Source: Macrostomum lignano (lineage: Eukaryota). Taken from it: a stretch of DNA of 64,000 bases. A program made the position numbers and the translations under genes. The notes under the pieces are model-generated. The model worked only from the letters and a program-made list of their open reading frames with translations. It ran no database searches and was not told the origin of the DNA. Location: assembly GCA_002269645.1 (NCBI GenBank), contig NIVC01000746.1, positions 390,275-454,274 of the forward strand, in the 5' to 3' direction. Shown here one piece after another: positions 52,320-63,789 of the stretch (position 1 is the stretch's first letter; the number at the start of each line of letters is the position of its first letter).

Positions 52320-52469
52320 ATCGATGGCTGACTGCACGTCGTAGTACTTCTTTTTGTCTTGGTCCATAGTGCGGGTCATAGTGGCGTATTCCAGCTGCCG
52401 CTTGAAGTACTCCTCAACTGGGCTGTTCTTCACCGTGGCAAAGGTGAAATTGTTGCCAGGGTTTCTCAG
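52320..52469 (-). CDS. GRIN1: GluN1-like NMDA receptor exon (start of S2), 50 codons
   Basis: ccaccgcag/CTG ... GAT/gtgagt, phase 0-0. LRNPGNNFTFATVKNSPVEEYFKRQLEYATMTRTM compared with GluN1 [35 protein letters not shown]. Confidence 0.9.
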
Positions 52470-52576
52470 CTGCGGTGGCACCGGTGTTAAATGGGGCGAG
52501 GCTTGAATTTTCTGACAGGCAATTCTTTTAAAAATCTATGATTAGTTACTTGTACTTTTAAATCATAGCTGTGAAT

Positions 52577-53368
52577 CAGCCTCATCAAACAGGTGGGACA
52601 GCCTCATCAAACAGGTGAGACAGCCTCATCAAACAGGTGATACCAGCCTCATCAAACAGGTGATACCAGCCTCATCAAACAGGTGATATCAGCCTCATGA
52701 AACAGGTGAGACCAGCCTCATCAAACAGATGAGACCAGCCTCATCAAACAGGTGATACCAGCCTCATCAAACAGGTGATATCAGCCTCATGAAACAGGTG
52801 AGACCAGCCTCATCAAACAGGTGATACCAGCCTCATCAAACAGGTGAGACAGCCTCATCAAACAGGTGATATCAGCCTCATGAAACAGGTGAGACAGCCT
52901 CATCAAACAGGTGAGACCAGCCTCATCAAACAGGTGAGATCAGCCTCATGAAACAGGTGAGACCAGCCTCATCAAACAGATGAGACCAGCCTCATCAAAC
53001 AGGTGAGACAGCCTCATCAAACAGGTGATATCAGCCTCATGAAACAGGTGAGACAGCCTCATCAAACAGATGAGACCAGCCTCATCAAACAGGTGATACC
53101 AGCCTCATCAAACAGGTGATATCAGCCTCATGAAACAGGTGAGACAGCCTCATCAAACAGATGAGACCAGCCTCATCAAACAGGTGATACCAGCCTCATC
53201 AAACAGGTGATATCAGCCTCATGAAACAGGTGAGACAGCCTCATCAAACAGGTGATACCAGCCTCATCAAACAGGTGATATCAGCCTCATGAAACAGGTG
53301 AGACAGCCTCATGAAACAGGTGAGACAGCCTCATCAAACAGGTGAGACAGCTTCATCAAACAGGTGAG
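52577..53368. repeat. 22/23-bp intronic minisatellite CAGCCTCATCAAACAGGTGAGA(C)
   Basis: About 35 copies filling the GluN1-like intron 52470-53391. Confidence 0.96.
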
Positions 53369-53391
53369 GCAGACTCATCCCCCAGCCTCAC

Positions 53392-53778
53392 CCGGACATC
53401 GTCAATACCGGAGATGTGTCCGCCTGGCCGGTCCAGCACCAGGAAGGCGGCCAGGTTGGCGGTGTAGCTTGCCACAATTATCATGGCAAAGCCGGCCCAC
53501 ACCATGCCCAGCACCCTGGCCGAGAAGCTCCTTGGCGTGCCCTCGCCGATGCCGGAGTTCAACAGGACGCCCCAGGCAAACCACATGGCGCTGGACAAGT
53601 TGAGCGCCTCCTCGTCTGTGCCCTGCTGATTGCGGGCGAGCTTGAACCGGCCCAGCGGGGAGAACCTGTCTAGCAGGTACAGCACCAGGGCGACCACGTG
53701 GACTGACAGGCCGACCAGAACCCACAGGGTGCGCTCGAACGGCTGCAGAAACGAGCCCAGGCTGCTGGTTGGCGGTTT
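53392..53778 (-). CDS. GRIN1: GluN1-like NMDA receptor exon (M1, M2 pore loop, M3), 129 codons
   Basis: aatttccag/AAA ... CGG/gtgagg. [30 protein letters not shown] (pore Asn retained) and [15 protein letters not shown] are GluN1 hallmarks. Confidence 0.96.
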
Positions 53779-53869
53779 CTGGAAATTTTTGTTACAGGAA
53801 AAATAGAATTTAAACATATAAAAACATTCAAAGTTTTGCAGTTTAATCTCTCCCTAATCTTAACCTAAT

Positions 53870-55545
53870 TCGTATCTTGATCTCATCCTATCTCACCATA
53901 AAACCAGCCAAATCTCATCCCATCTCATCATAAACCCATTCAAATCTCATCTTGATCTCATCCCATCTCATCATAAACCCATTCAAATCTCATCTTGATC
54001 TCATCCCATCTCACCATAAATCCATTTAAATCTCATCCCATCTCACCATACACTTAGCCAAATCTCATCCTATCTCATCCCATCTCACCATTTACCCAAT
54101 CAAAGCTCATCTTGATCTCATCCTATCTCACCATAAACCCATTCAAATCTCATCCTATCTCACCATAAACCCATTCAAATCTCATCATAAACCCATTAAA
54201 ATCTCATTCTGATCTCACCATAAACCCATTCAAATCTTATCCTATCTCACCATAAACCCATTCAAATCTCATCATAAACCCATTCAAATATCATCCTGAT
54301 CTCACCATAAACCCATTCAAATCTTATCCTATCTCACCATAAACCGATTCAAATCTCATCCTATCTCACCATAAACCCATTCAAATCTCATCCTATCTCA
54401 CCATAAACCCATTCAAATCTCATCCTATCTCACCATAAACCCATTCAAATCTCATCCTATCTCACCATAAACCCATTCAAATCTCATCATAAACCCATTC
54501 AAATCTCATCCTGATCTCACCATAAACCCATTCAAATCTTATCCTATCTCACCATAAACCGATTCAAATCTCATCCTATCTCACCATAAACCCATTCAAA
54601 TCTCATCCTATCTCACCATAAACCCATTCAAATCTCATCCTATCTCACCATAAACCCATTCAAATCTTATCCTATCTCACCATAAACCCATTCAAATCTC
54701 ATCATAAACCCATTCAAATCTCATCCTGATCTCACCATAAACCCATTCAAATCTTATCCTATCTCACCATAAACCGATTCAAATCTCATCCTATCTCACC
54801 ATAAACCCATTCAAATCTCATCCTATCTCACCATAAACCCATTCAAATCTTATCCTATCTCACCATAAACCCATTGAAATCTCATCATAAACCCATTCAA
54901 ATCTCATCCTGATGTCACCATAAACCCATTCAAATCTTATCCTATCTCACCATAAACCCATTCAAATCTCATCATAAACCCATTCAAATCTCATCCTGAT
55001 CTCACCATAAACCCATTCAAATCTTATCCTATCTCACCATAAACCGATTCAAATCTCATCCTATCTCACCATAAACCCATTCAAATCTCATCCTATCTCA
55101 CCATAAACCCATTCAAATCTCATCCTATCTCACCATAAACCCATTCAAATCTCATCCTATCTCACCATAAACCCATTCAAATCTTATCCTATCTCACCAT
55201 AAACCGATTCAAATCTCATCCTATCTCACCATAAACCCATTAAAATCTCATCCTATCTCACCATAAACCCATTCAAATCTCATCCTATCTCACCATAAAC
55301 CCATTCAAATCTTATCCTATCACACCATAAACCCATTCAAATCTCATCATAAACCCATTCAAATCTCATCCTGATCTCACCATAAACCCATTCAAATCTT
55401 ATCCTATCTCACCATAAACCGATTCAAATCTCATCCTATCTCACCATAAACCCATTCAAATCTCATCCTATCTCACCATAAACCCATTCAAATCCCATCC
55501 TGATCTCACCATAAACCCATTCAAATCTCATCCTATCTCACCATA
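53870..55545. repeat. 32-bp intronic minisatellite ATCTCATCCTATCTCACCATAAACCCATTCAA
   Basis: About 50 copies inside intron 53779-55994. Confidence 0.96.
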
Positions 55546-55994
55546 GATAAGATAGGATAGATGAGATGAGAAGGGTGCTGGTGATGTACCAGCGGCCCAG
55601 GCTCGATTCCAAGTGCAATCACATTAATTTGGGGCTAAATTGGAATCGATTGGCTTGGCTCTGCTCGTACAATTAACACCCTTGAGGCCCAACCCCCAAG
55701 GCACAGTGAAGTGTACATGCCTAACGATAAATAAAGTAAGGCCCGCTGTACACTCCTGTGTGAGTGTGTGCCTGTGCGTATGACTTATGACGCTTGTGTG
55801 CCTGCTCAGGGGAGTCGGCGGAATGGGCAGCAATGCCTCTCGCCGGCTGTGTGACGACAATGTCGCATAAAGTGCGCCAGGGTGCACACAGCCGCCTGCC
55901 TCTGACTCTAACTAAAGTAAAATCAGATAACTCTATCTACGATCTCTTTATTCAACTTAAATACCTCAGCATAGTGGCCACCTCCAAGGCTCAC

Positions 55995-56153
55995 CCGTTT
56001 CACCAGAATGGTCAGGCCCAGGTATTTGAACGGCTTGGTGAAGGCCACTCGCAGATTTCGCTCAGGCGTGATGGTCATGGGCGCCACGGCCAGGTCGGCT
56101 TGACCGGTGGACAAGTCGCCCACAATGCCCGTCCACCTGACCGCTCCGTTCAC
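55995..56153 (-). CDS. GRIN1: GluN1-like NMDA receptor exon (end of S1), 53 codons
   Basis: aaacgcag/GTG ... CGG/gtgagc. WTGIVGDLSTGQADLAVAPMTITPER..FTKPFKYLGLTILVKR compared with GluN1 [42 protein letters not shown]. Confidence 0.93.
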
Positions 56154-56257
56154 CTGCGTTTAGTCGGTTGCTTGCTTGGCTACTGAATACTGCTGCAAGT
56201 AGCGCGCGTGTATAACTTACTAAAAATATTATTCTGACTGGAAAAGTGCAGTGATTC

Positions 56258-57068
56258 TTTGGAATGGCGATTCTTTGGAAGGGCAATTCTTTGGAAGGGC
56301 GATTCTTTGGAAGGGCGATTCTTTTAAAAGGGCGATTCTTTTTGGAATGGCAAATCTTTGGAAGGGCAATTCTTTTTGGAATGGCGACTCTTTGGAATGG
56401 CGATTCTTTGGAAGGGTGATTCTTTGGAAGGGCGATTCTTTGGAATGGCGATTCTTTGGAAAGGCGATTCTTTGGAAGGGCGATTCTTCGGAATGGCGAT
56501 TCTTTGGAATGGCGATTCTTTGGAAAGGCGATTCTTTGGAAGGGCGATTCTTTGGAATGGCGATTCTTTGGAAAGGCGATTCTTTGGAAGGGCGATTCTT
56601 TGGAAGGGCGATTCTTTGGAAGGGCGATTCTTTGGAATGGCGATTCTTTGGAAGGGCGATTCTTTGGAAGGGCGATTCTTTGGAAGGGCGATTCTTTGGA
56701 AGGGCGATTCTTTGGAATGGCGATTCTTTGGAATGGCGATTCTTTGGAAAGGCGATTCTTTGGAAGGGCGATTCTTTGGAAGGGCGATTCTTTGGAAAGG
56801 CGATTCTTTGGAAGGGCGATTCTTTGGAAGGGCGATTCTCTGGAAGGGCGATTCTTTGGAAGGGCGATTCTTTGAAAGGGCGATTCTTTGGAAGGGCGAT
56901 TCTTTGGAAGGGCGATTCTTTGGAAAGGCGATTCTTTGGAAGGGCGATTCTTTGGAAGGGCGATTCTTTGGAAAGGCGATTCTTTGGAAAGGCGATTCTT
57001 TGGAAGGGCGATTCTTTGGAAGGGCGATTCTTTGGAAGGGCGATTCTTCGGAATGGCGATTTTTTGGA
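56258..57068. repeat. 16-bp minisatellite GGCGATTCTTTGGAA(G/T), left arm
   Basis: Tandem units interrupted by a LINE fragment. Confidence 0.96.
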
Positions 57069-57993
57069 TGCTTGGAGATGCTTCTCCAGGAAATTCTGCA
57101 CGTCGGTGAGAACACCTCAGTTTTCCAAGCTGAAATTTGCGCCATTGAGCAGTGTGCCCAGAAACTGCTTCAGGCGAACATTAATAACTCTAATATTAAT
57201 TTCTACACTGATAGCCAAGCTGCTATTAAGGCCTTAACCACTGAGAATATCTCCGCTGCTACAGTATCTCAATGCCACCGCAGTGTGCAATCTCTCTCAG
57301 TCCTTAACAGGATTAGAATTATCTGGACACCCGGTCAGAGCAACATCCTGGGCAACGAGCTCGCGGACTCTCTCGCCAAGGAGGGCAGCAACCCAGACGG
57401 CAAGTACCGTCTGATGAGGCTACCCACTCCCAGGTCGCAAGTCACCCGCCATATCCACAGGTGGCTCCATCAGCAGCACCAGCTCCACTGGAACAGCTGC
57501 ACCGAGTACAGGCAGAGCCGCTCTGCCATGCCTAACCTGAACAGGAAAGTCTCTGATTATCTGATTTCGCTTAACAGAACCGACCTCAGGGAGATGTGCA
57601 TGGTCCTAACCGGCCACGGATTCTTCCAGAGACATATATCGTTGCAAACCGGTTGCCCTCCCACCTGTCCCTTCTGTGGCATAGGAGAGGAGACCGCGGA
57701 GCATCACGTCACCTTCTGCCCTTACTTCAACAAGGCGCGGCACAAATACCTCGGCCACCCCCAGCGGATGGACGAGCTGACCACCCCGGACAATATCCGT
57801 GACCTTCGCGCCTTCGTCCGGGACTCCGGCCGGATGAGAGTCGCTGATGTCTCCACTGTGAACCTGCCGACTACTGGCGGGGACCAGGTGCACCCCAAGG
57901 TTAATCCTTGTGCTCTTTTACCTTGGGGTTGCGATAGGGGCCTCGCGGCCTATTCGCGGCGCCTGCGCCCCCCGTCAGTAGTAAGTAAGTAAG
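57069..57993 (+). mobile_element. 5'-truncated I-group (Loa/R1-like) non-LTR retrotransposon: RNase H C-terminal part, CCHC knuckle, (TAAG)n tail
   Basis: Open frame [11 protein letters not shown]...[12 protein letters not shown]...[22 protein letters not shown] (RNase H lacking its first Asp motif), [24 protein letters not shown]. Ends AGTAAGTAAGTAAG. Antisense to the host intron. Confidence 0.85.
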
Positions 57994-58358
57994 TTGGAAT
58001 GGCGATTCTTTGGAATGGCGATTCTTTCGAATGGCGATTCTTTGGAATGGCGATTCTTTCGAATGGCGATTCTTTGGAATGGCGATTCTTTGGAAGGGCG
58101 ATTCTTTGGAAGGGCGATTCCTTGGAAGGGCGATTCTTTGAAAGGGCGATTCTTTGGAATGGCGATTCTTTGGAATGGCGATTCTTTCGAATGGCGATTC
58201 TTTGGAATGGCGATTCTTTCGAATGGCGATTATTTGGAATGGCGATTCTTTGGAAGGGCGATTCTTTGGAAGGGCGATTCCTTGGAAGGGCGATTCCTTG
58301 GAAGGGCGATTCTTTGGAATGGCGATTCTTTGGAAGGGCGATTCTTTGGAAGGGCGAT
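57994..58358. repeat. 16-bp minisatellite GGCGATTCTTTGGAA(G/T), right arm
   Basis: Same unit as the left arm; ends 9 nt from the splice donor at 58367. Confidence 0.96.
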
Positions 58359-58367
58359 GCCACTCAC

Positions 58368-58492
58368 GGTCTCCTTATTGCCAATGGTGCCGTCTGACAC
58401 CAGATACAGATTGTAGTTGAACGGTGTGGAATTGGCGAGCCTCCGCAGCAGGTCGATGCAGTATCCGAAGCAGCAGTACTCGTAGACTTTGC
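58368..58492 (-). CDS. GRIN1: GluN1-like NMDA receptor exon (S1), 2 nt + 41 codons
   Basis: tgttccag/GC ... ACC/gtgagt. YCCFGYCIDLLRRLANSTPFNYNLYLVSDGTIG compared with GluN1 [33 protein letters not shown]. Upstream exons are not seen in the window. Confidence 0.9.
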
Positions 58493-58631
58493 CTGGAACA
58501 TTCGTAGCGGGATTGGGAAAGCGGATGAAGCAGAATTGAAACTGGGATCTTTACTTTACTGGTACATGATGTAGCAGTCTTTTAGATTAAACATTCATTT
58601 TTAAGCGTTAAGGTTAAAAGTTTATATGTAA

Positions 58632-58823
58632 GGTTGGGTGTAGGATTGGGTGTAGGGTTGGGTGTAGGGTTGGGTGTAGGGTTGAGTGTAGGGTTGGGTG
58701 TAGGGTTGAGTGTAGGGTTGGGTGTAAGGTTGAGTGTAGGGTTGAGTGTAGGGTTGGGTGCAGGGTTGAGTGTAAGGTTGAGTGTAGGGTTGGATGCAGG
58801 GTTAAGTGCAGGGTTGAGTGTAG
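58632..58823. repeat. 12-bp G-rich repeat GGGTTG(G/A)GTGTA, about 16 copies
   Basis: Direct tandem repetition. Confidence 0.92.
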
Positions 58824-59977
58824 AATAGGCGGTAGGGAAGGATGTAGGGAAAGGTGTTAAATATGGGGTGTAGGGTACAGGTAATTATACGAGTGTACGC
58901 CCGTACATTTACAGTGGGTGCAAATAAAATTACTGCAAGAGAATTATCTTCCAGGTTAATAACTCTAAGCTAGTTTATGCAGCAACTACAAGTATTACTA
59001 ACAGTAGCCTCGTATAATGTAAATACAAATAATATAGAATATTAGATTTCAGGCCAAGTTGCGTAAATTGACCTTGAATTGCTCAATCAACCATTGAGGC
59101 AACTTTCTCTCGCATCCGGGGTAGAGGGTGGGGGTTGGGCCGCGGGCAGTGCCCAGGCGAATGCGTGACGCGACCGATGACAGGCTCTCAGGCGTGCAGC
59201 ATTAGTCATGGCAGACAGATAGAGCAGCAGTGGCCCCTCCCTCGCTGGTCAGATTAACGGCACCGAACTGGATGAAGGGGAGAGGCTGGTTTGGCCGAAC
59301 TCGGGGCAGACATTGTGCAGCCCAAGATGCAGAATTCTTCTTCTTCAAGCCTTTCAAACCCCAAGAAACCGGATGCCCCATCCATATAAGCTTGGCAGGC
59401 AGGAAAATGTATTTACTAGTAAGGGAAAAGGGGAAATGGCCGGAGCCCAAAACAGAAACCTGACAGAGAATCCGAGAGAGAGGCTGGAAGGCCTCCTCTG
59501 CTTTCTGCTTCACCTGCCAATTATAAAACTGCTTCAGAATGCAGCATGCAGAATCGCAAACGCAATCTCCGCTCCATCTCTCCCTCTAAATATATCGCCG
59601 TTGGAAGCTGCATGGGATTTTGAAGGGCCAGGCGTAGCTGAGGTAGCGGAGAGATAAGCAGGGCTTCGGGATGGATTGATTGCAATTGCGGCGGCACCTC
59701 TTTGCGGCCTTGCAATTGGGAAAAGATAGAGAGACTGGGGGCGATGGGGGATCGAATACATTACACGCGAGCAAGATTAATATTGCAAACTGAATTCATA
59801 CGCGGAAACCTGCCAGATCGACTGCCGGTAGGCCAACTTTGAACGAAGAGGAACTACGAAGATTGGATGGATACAGAGTTATTGCAGGCGAATGCAATGT
59901 ATTGTAGAAATCTAACCAGCATTATGAGAGCTGGGTTGGTTTGTTGGTACACTGGTAGTTTAAGGTAGGTGAATAGT

Positions 59978-60490
59978 CGATAGATAGTAGATAGATAGCG
60001 AATAGATAGATAGTAGATAGTAGATAGATAGATAGTAGATAGAAGGATAGATAATAGATAGATAGATAGCGAATAGATACATAGTAGACGAATAGATATA
60101 TCTAGAGATGGATTTGAGATAGAAGACAGATCTCAAATACTATATAGTTTGCGAGATAGAATATAGATGCAAGATAGGAGATATATGTGAGATAGGAGAT
60201 AGGTGTGAGATAGGAGATGGGAGATAGATGTGAGATAGGAGATAGGTGTGAGATAGGAGATAGATGTGAGATGGGAGATAGATATGAGATGGGAGATAGA
60301 TTTGAGATAGGAGATAGGTGTGAGATAGGAGATAGGTGTGAGATGGGAGATAGATGTGAGATAGGAGATAGGTATGAGATAGGAGATAGATGTGAGATAG
60401 GAGATAGATGTGAGTTAGGAGATAGGAGATAGGTATGAGATAGGAGAGAGGTGTGAGATAGGAGATAGGTGTGAGATAGAGATAGATAGA
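59978..60490. repeat. (AGAT)n-like tract followed by an 18-bp minisatellite GATAGGAGATAG(G/A)TGTGA
   Basis: Read directly from the sequence. Confidence 0.88.
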
Positions 60491-61049
60491 TTCGGGAAAT
60501 GGCTAGGCAGTGCAATAGCAGAACCAAATGAAACACATGAATCGGATCTAGCAGACATAAAGGCTAGTACAGCACAAATAACAAAAAGAGTTATAAAGTG
60601 AGATTAAAGCAGCGAGTGAGTCTATAGGAGTATATGTCTGCGTGCACTAAAGCCTATCTGCGGCTGGTTAGTAGCCCTTCTCAGCTCTGCTGGCAATAAA
60701 TGGCCAATTTTATGGGTCGGCATGATGCAGCCCCTCTCGGCTAAACAAGCACTTGCTGGTGCGCCGTCGCCAATAAAAAACTTAATATTTATGTCTGTTT
60801 ATTAGTCTGTGCCAGCCGCAACAGACATTTTCCGGACATCGGGGCGGCATCAGAGTTTCTGTCAGACTTTAGCTTGTCAGAAACCACACTATGCTTGTTA
60901 CCCGTCAGTTGATCAGTAGAGCGAGATAAGCATGCAGTATTAGAGGGTGGAGACAAACTACTGGATTGAAAGATTAGATGTCTTAGTAGATGGCTGAGAA
61001 ATCCCTAAGGAATTGAGAGGCTTGGGTAGAGTGGAGACAGAGGGAGAGA

Positions 61050-61800
61050 AGGAGATTGGAAGGAGAGAGAGAGGGCAAGACAGAGGGGTTTGACAGAGAG
61101 GGGTGAGAGAGAGGGTGAGACAGAGGGGTGAAACAGAGGGGTGAGACAAAGAGGAGTGAGAGAGAGGGGTGAGACAGAGGGGTGAGAGAGAGGGATAAGA
61201 GAGAGGGATGAGAGAGAGGGGTGAGACAGAGGGGTGAGACAGAGGGTTGAGACAGAGGGGTGAGACAGAGGGTTGAGACAGAGGGGTGAGACAGAGGGGT
61301 GAGACAGAGGGGTGAGACAGAGGGTTGAGACAGAGGGGTGAGACAGAGGGGTGAGACAGAGGGGTGAGACAAAGAGGAGTGAGAGAGAGGGGTGAGACAG
61401 AGGGGTGAAAGAGAGGGATAAGAGAGAGGGATGAGAGATAGGGGTGAGACAGAGGGGTGAGACAGAGGGTTGAGACAGAGGGGTGAGACAGAGGGGTGAG
61501 ACAGAGGGTTGAGACAGAGGGGTGAGACAGAGGGTTGAGACAGAGGGGTGAGACAGAGGGTGAGACAGAGGGTTGAGACAGAGGGTTGAGACAGAGGGGT
61601 GAGACAGAGGGTTGAGACAGAGGGGTGAGACAGAGGGGTGAGACAGAGGGTTGAGACAGAGGGTGAGACAGAGGGGTGAGACAGAGGGGTGAGACAGAGG
61701 GTTGAGACAGAGGGTGAGACAGAGGGGTGAGACAGAGGGGTGAGACAGAGAGGGGTGAGAAAGAGGGGTGAGACAGAGGGGTGAGACAGAGACAGTGAGA
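61050..61800. repeat. 12/13-bp minisatellite GAGACAGAGGGGT
   Basis: Direct tandem repetition. Confidence 0.93.
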
Positions 61801-62419
61801 GAGCTCAATGCGTGGACAGTGAAACACCAGGCAGCAGCAGGCAGAATCATATGGGAAACCGGGCAGAGGCAAGCAAATTCCAGCTTAAAAAACTTTGCTG
61901 TTTGCCTCTAGCAGCAATTTGTCAGTCGCGGGAATCATAAAGATGAATTTCGGAGATTCCACACAGGCCAGCGCAGCAGAAGCGGCACTGTATACGGCGG
62001 ATAGACAAAAAAGCTTGAAGCAAAAACGATAGCAAGAATCCGAAAAACGATGCATCAAAGCCTCTCGCGGGACTGACAGGCCTAGGGATCAGGCCCGTCC
62101 GGAGCGGGACCGTTTGTTGCTTCAAGCCCGAGCGTCAAGTCCCGACGTTCAAGCCTCCCGCCCCCCCCCCCGCACCGAGGGAGCCGCGATGAAAGCTTTC
62201 GGCACAGTGCAGAAAAACGCATTGCCGATGCGCCATCTACGGCATGCCTTCCGGTCTGCGGCACGTATTGTGTTTTCTTGCCAATTGAATTAGAAGTTTA
62301 ACAAGCAAATATGGAAAGTTTTTCGCATTGAAAAAGTTTGTTGATACGGGCACAGAGAGAAGAACAGAGGGAAAGAGGCAAGAAATTCATTAAGAGGTGA
62401 AAATTATAGATATAAAAAG

Positions 62420-63160
62420 GAAGAGTGCGAGGGAGAGACAGGTGAGAATGAGAGAGGTGGTGTGAGTGGAAGATAGAAAGAGAGGGAGAGAGGTAGACAG
62501 GGAGAGAGGGAGAGGGAGAGGGCGTGAAAGGGAGAGGGGTAAGAAATGAAAAGGGTGAGAGGAGTGAGAGGGAGAGGGAGAGGGAGAGGGAGAGGGAGAG
62601 GGAGAGGAGAGGGAGAGGGAGAGGGAGAGGGAGATGGAGAGTGAGAGTGGGAGGGAGAGGGAGAGGGAGTTGTATAAATGAGATGAAAAGTGAGAGCGAG
62701 AATGAGTGTGAGATAGAGAGTGAATGTGAGGAAGGAGAGTGAGAGGGAAAAGGAGAGAGAGAGTGAGGGTGAGAGTGAGAAGTGACAGGAAGAGAGAGTT
62801 AAGAGTGAGAGTGAGAGGGGAGGGATAATAAGAGGGAGAGGGGTAGTAAGAGGGAGAGGGGTAGCAAGAGGGAGAGGAGGAGGGAGAGGGACAGGGAGGG
62901 GAAGAGGGAGAGGGAGAGGGAGAGGGGAGGGATAATAAGAGGGAGAGGGGTAGTAAGAGGGAGAGGAGGAGGGAGAGGGAGAGGGAGAGGGAGAGGGAGA
63001 GGGAGAGGGAGAGGGAGAGGGAGGAGAGAGAGGAGAGGAGGGAGAGGGAGAGGGAGAGTGAGAGGGAGAGGGAGAAGGAGAGGGAGAGGGAGAGGGAGAG
63101 GGAGAGGGAGAGTGAGAGGGAGAGTGAGAGGGAGAGTGAGAGTGAGAGTGAGAGGTAGAA
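62420..63160. repeat. GAGAGG-type polypurine tract
   Basis: Read directly from the sequence. Confidence 0.9.
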
Positions 63161-63789
63161 GGAGAGCATATGACTATCCCTCACCCTCTGAGAGTGGGAA
63201 GTTAGAAGCGAGCCGTCCATACAGACCGGGAGATATGTGGCGTTGATCCCCTCAAACGAAAACCGCAGTTTGGATGGCATATTATTCACTCAACACTTGC
63301 ACCTTGGCTCCCAATGGGAAGTTGGATCGCAGTGAAGGGTCAGATCGACAGTTCCGATAACCTCAATTTGGTAGCAGCGTCACCGCTTGCACAGTTGCAG
63401 CTCCTCAGTTACACAAAATAAATTTTTGTCCTTATCGTTCAACCGAATCATCGGGTTTACTGCCGGCACTAAACTGCTGCGCAAATCTCTGCGCGGACAG
63501 CTGCATCCGGGTCTGAAAGCTGTAAAATTTCTGGCTTTAACCATCTCTCTCTCCCTCTCTCTCATGGTCAGGTGTGCCCAGCTCATTACCTGCAGAAAAA
63601 CAAACCAGTTAAAATACGTGTAAAATTTTCGATGATCTGTTTGGCAAGATTAGCGCACAGTTTACTGCATCATTTTTGCCGGAGCTTTTACCCGCTGCTG
63701 CATAGCGTTATTTTTTACAGGGGCTTTGGGCTCTTTATGTGTTGGGCTCTTGCACCGGCTGTGGGCCGCTTCTTAAGCCCCGCTCCATT

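Noticed and set aside
56229-58420. [14 protein letters not shown] repeat ORFs and their apparent fusion to RNase H (544 aa)
   Set aside because: A stop-free 16-bp minisatellite happens to be in frame with the LINE fragment, and the region lies inside a GluN1 intron.
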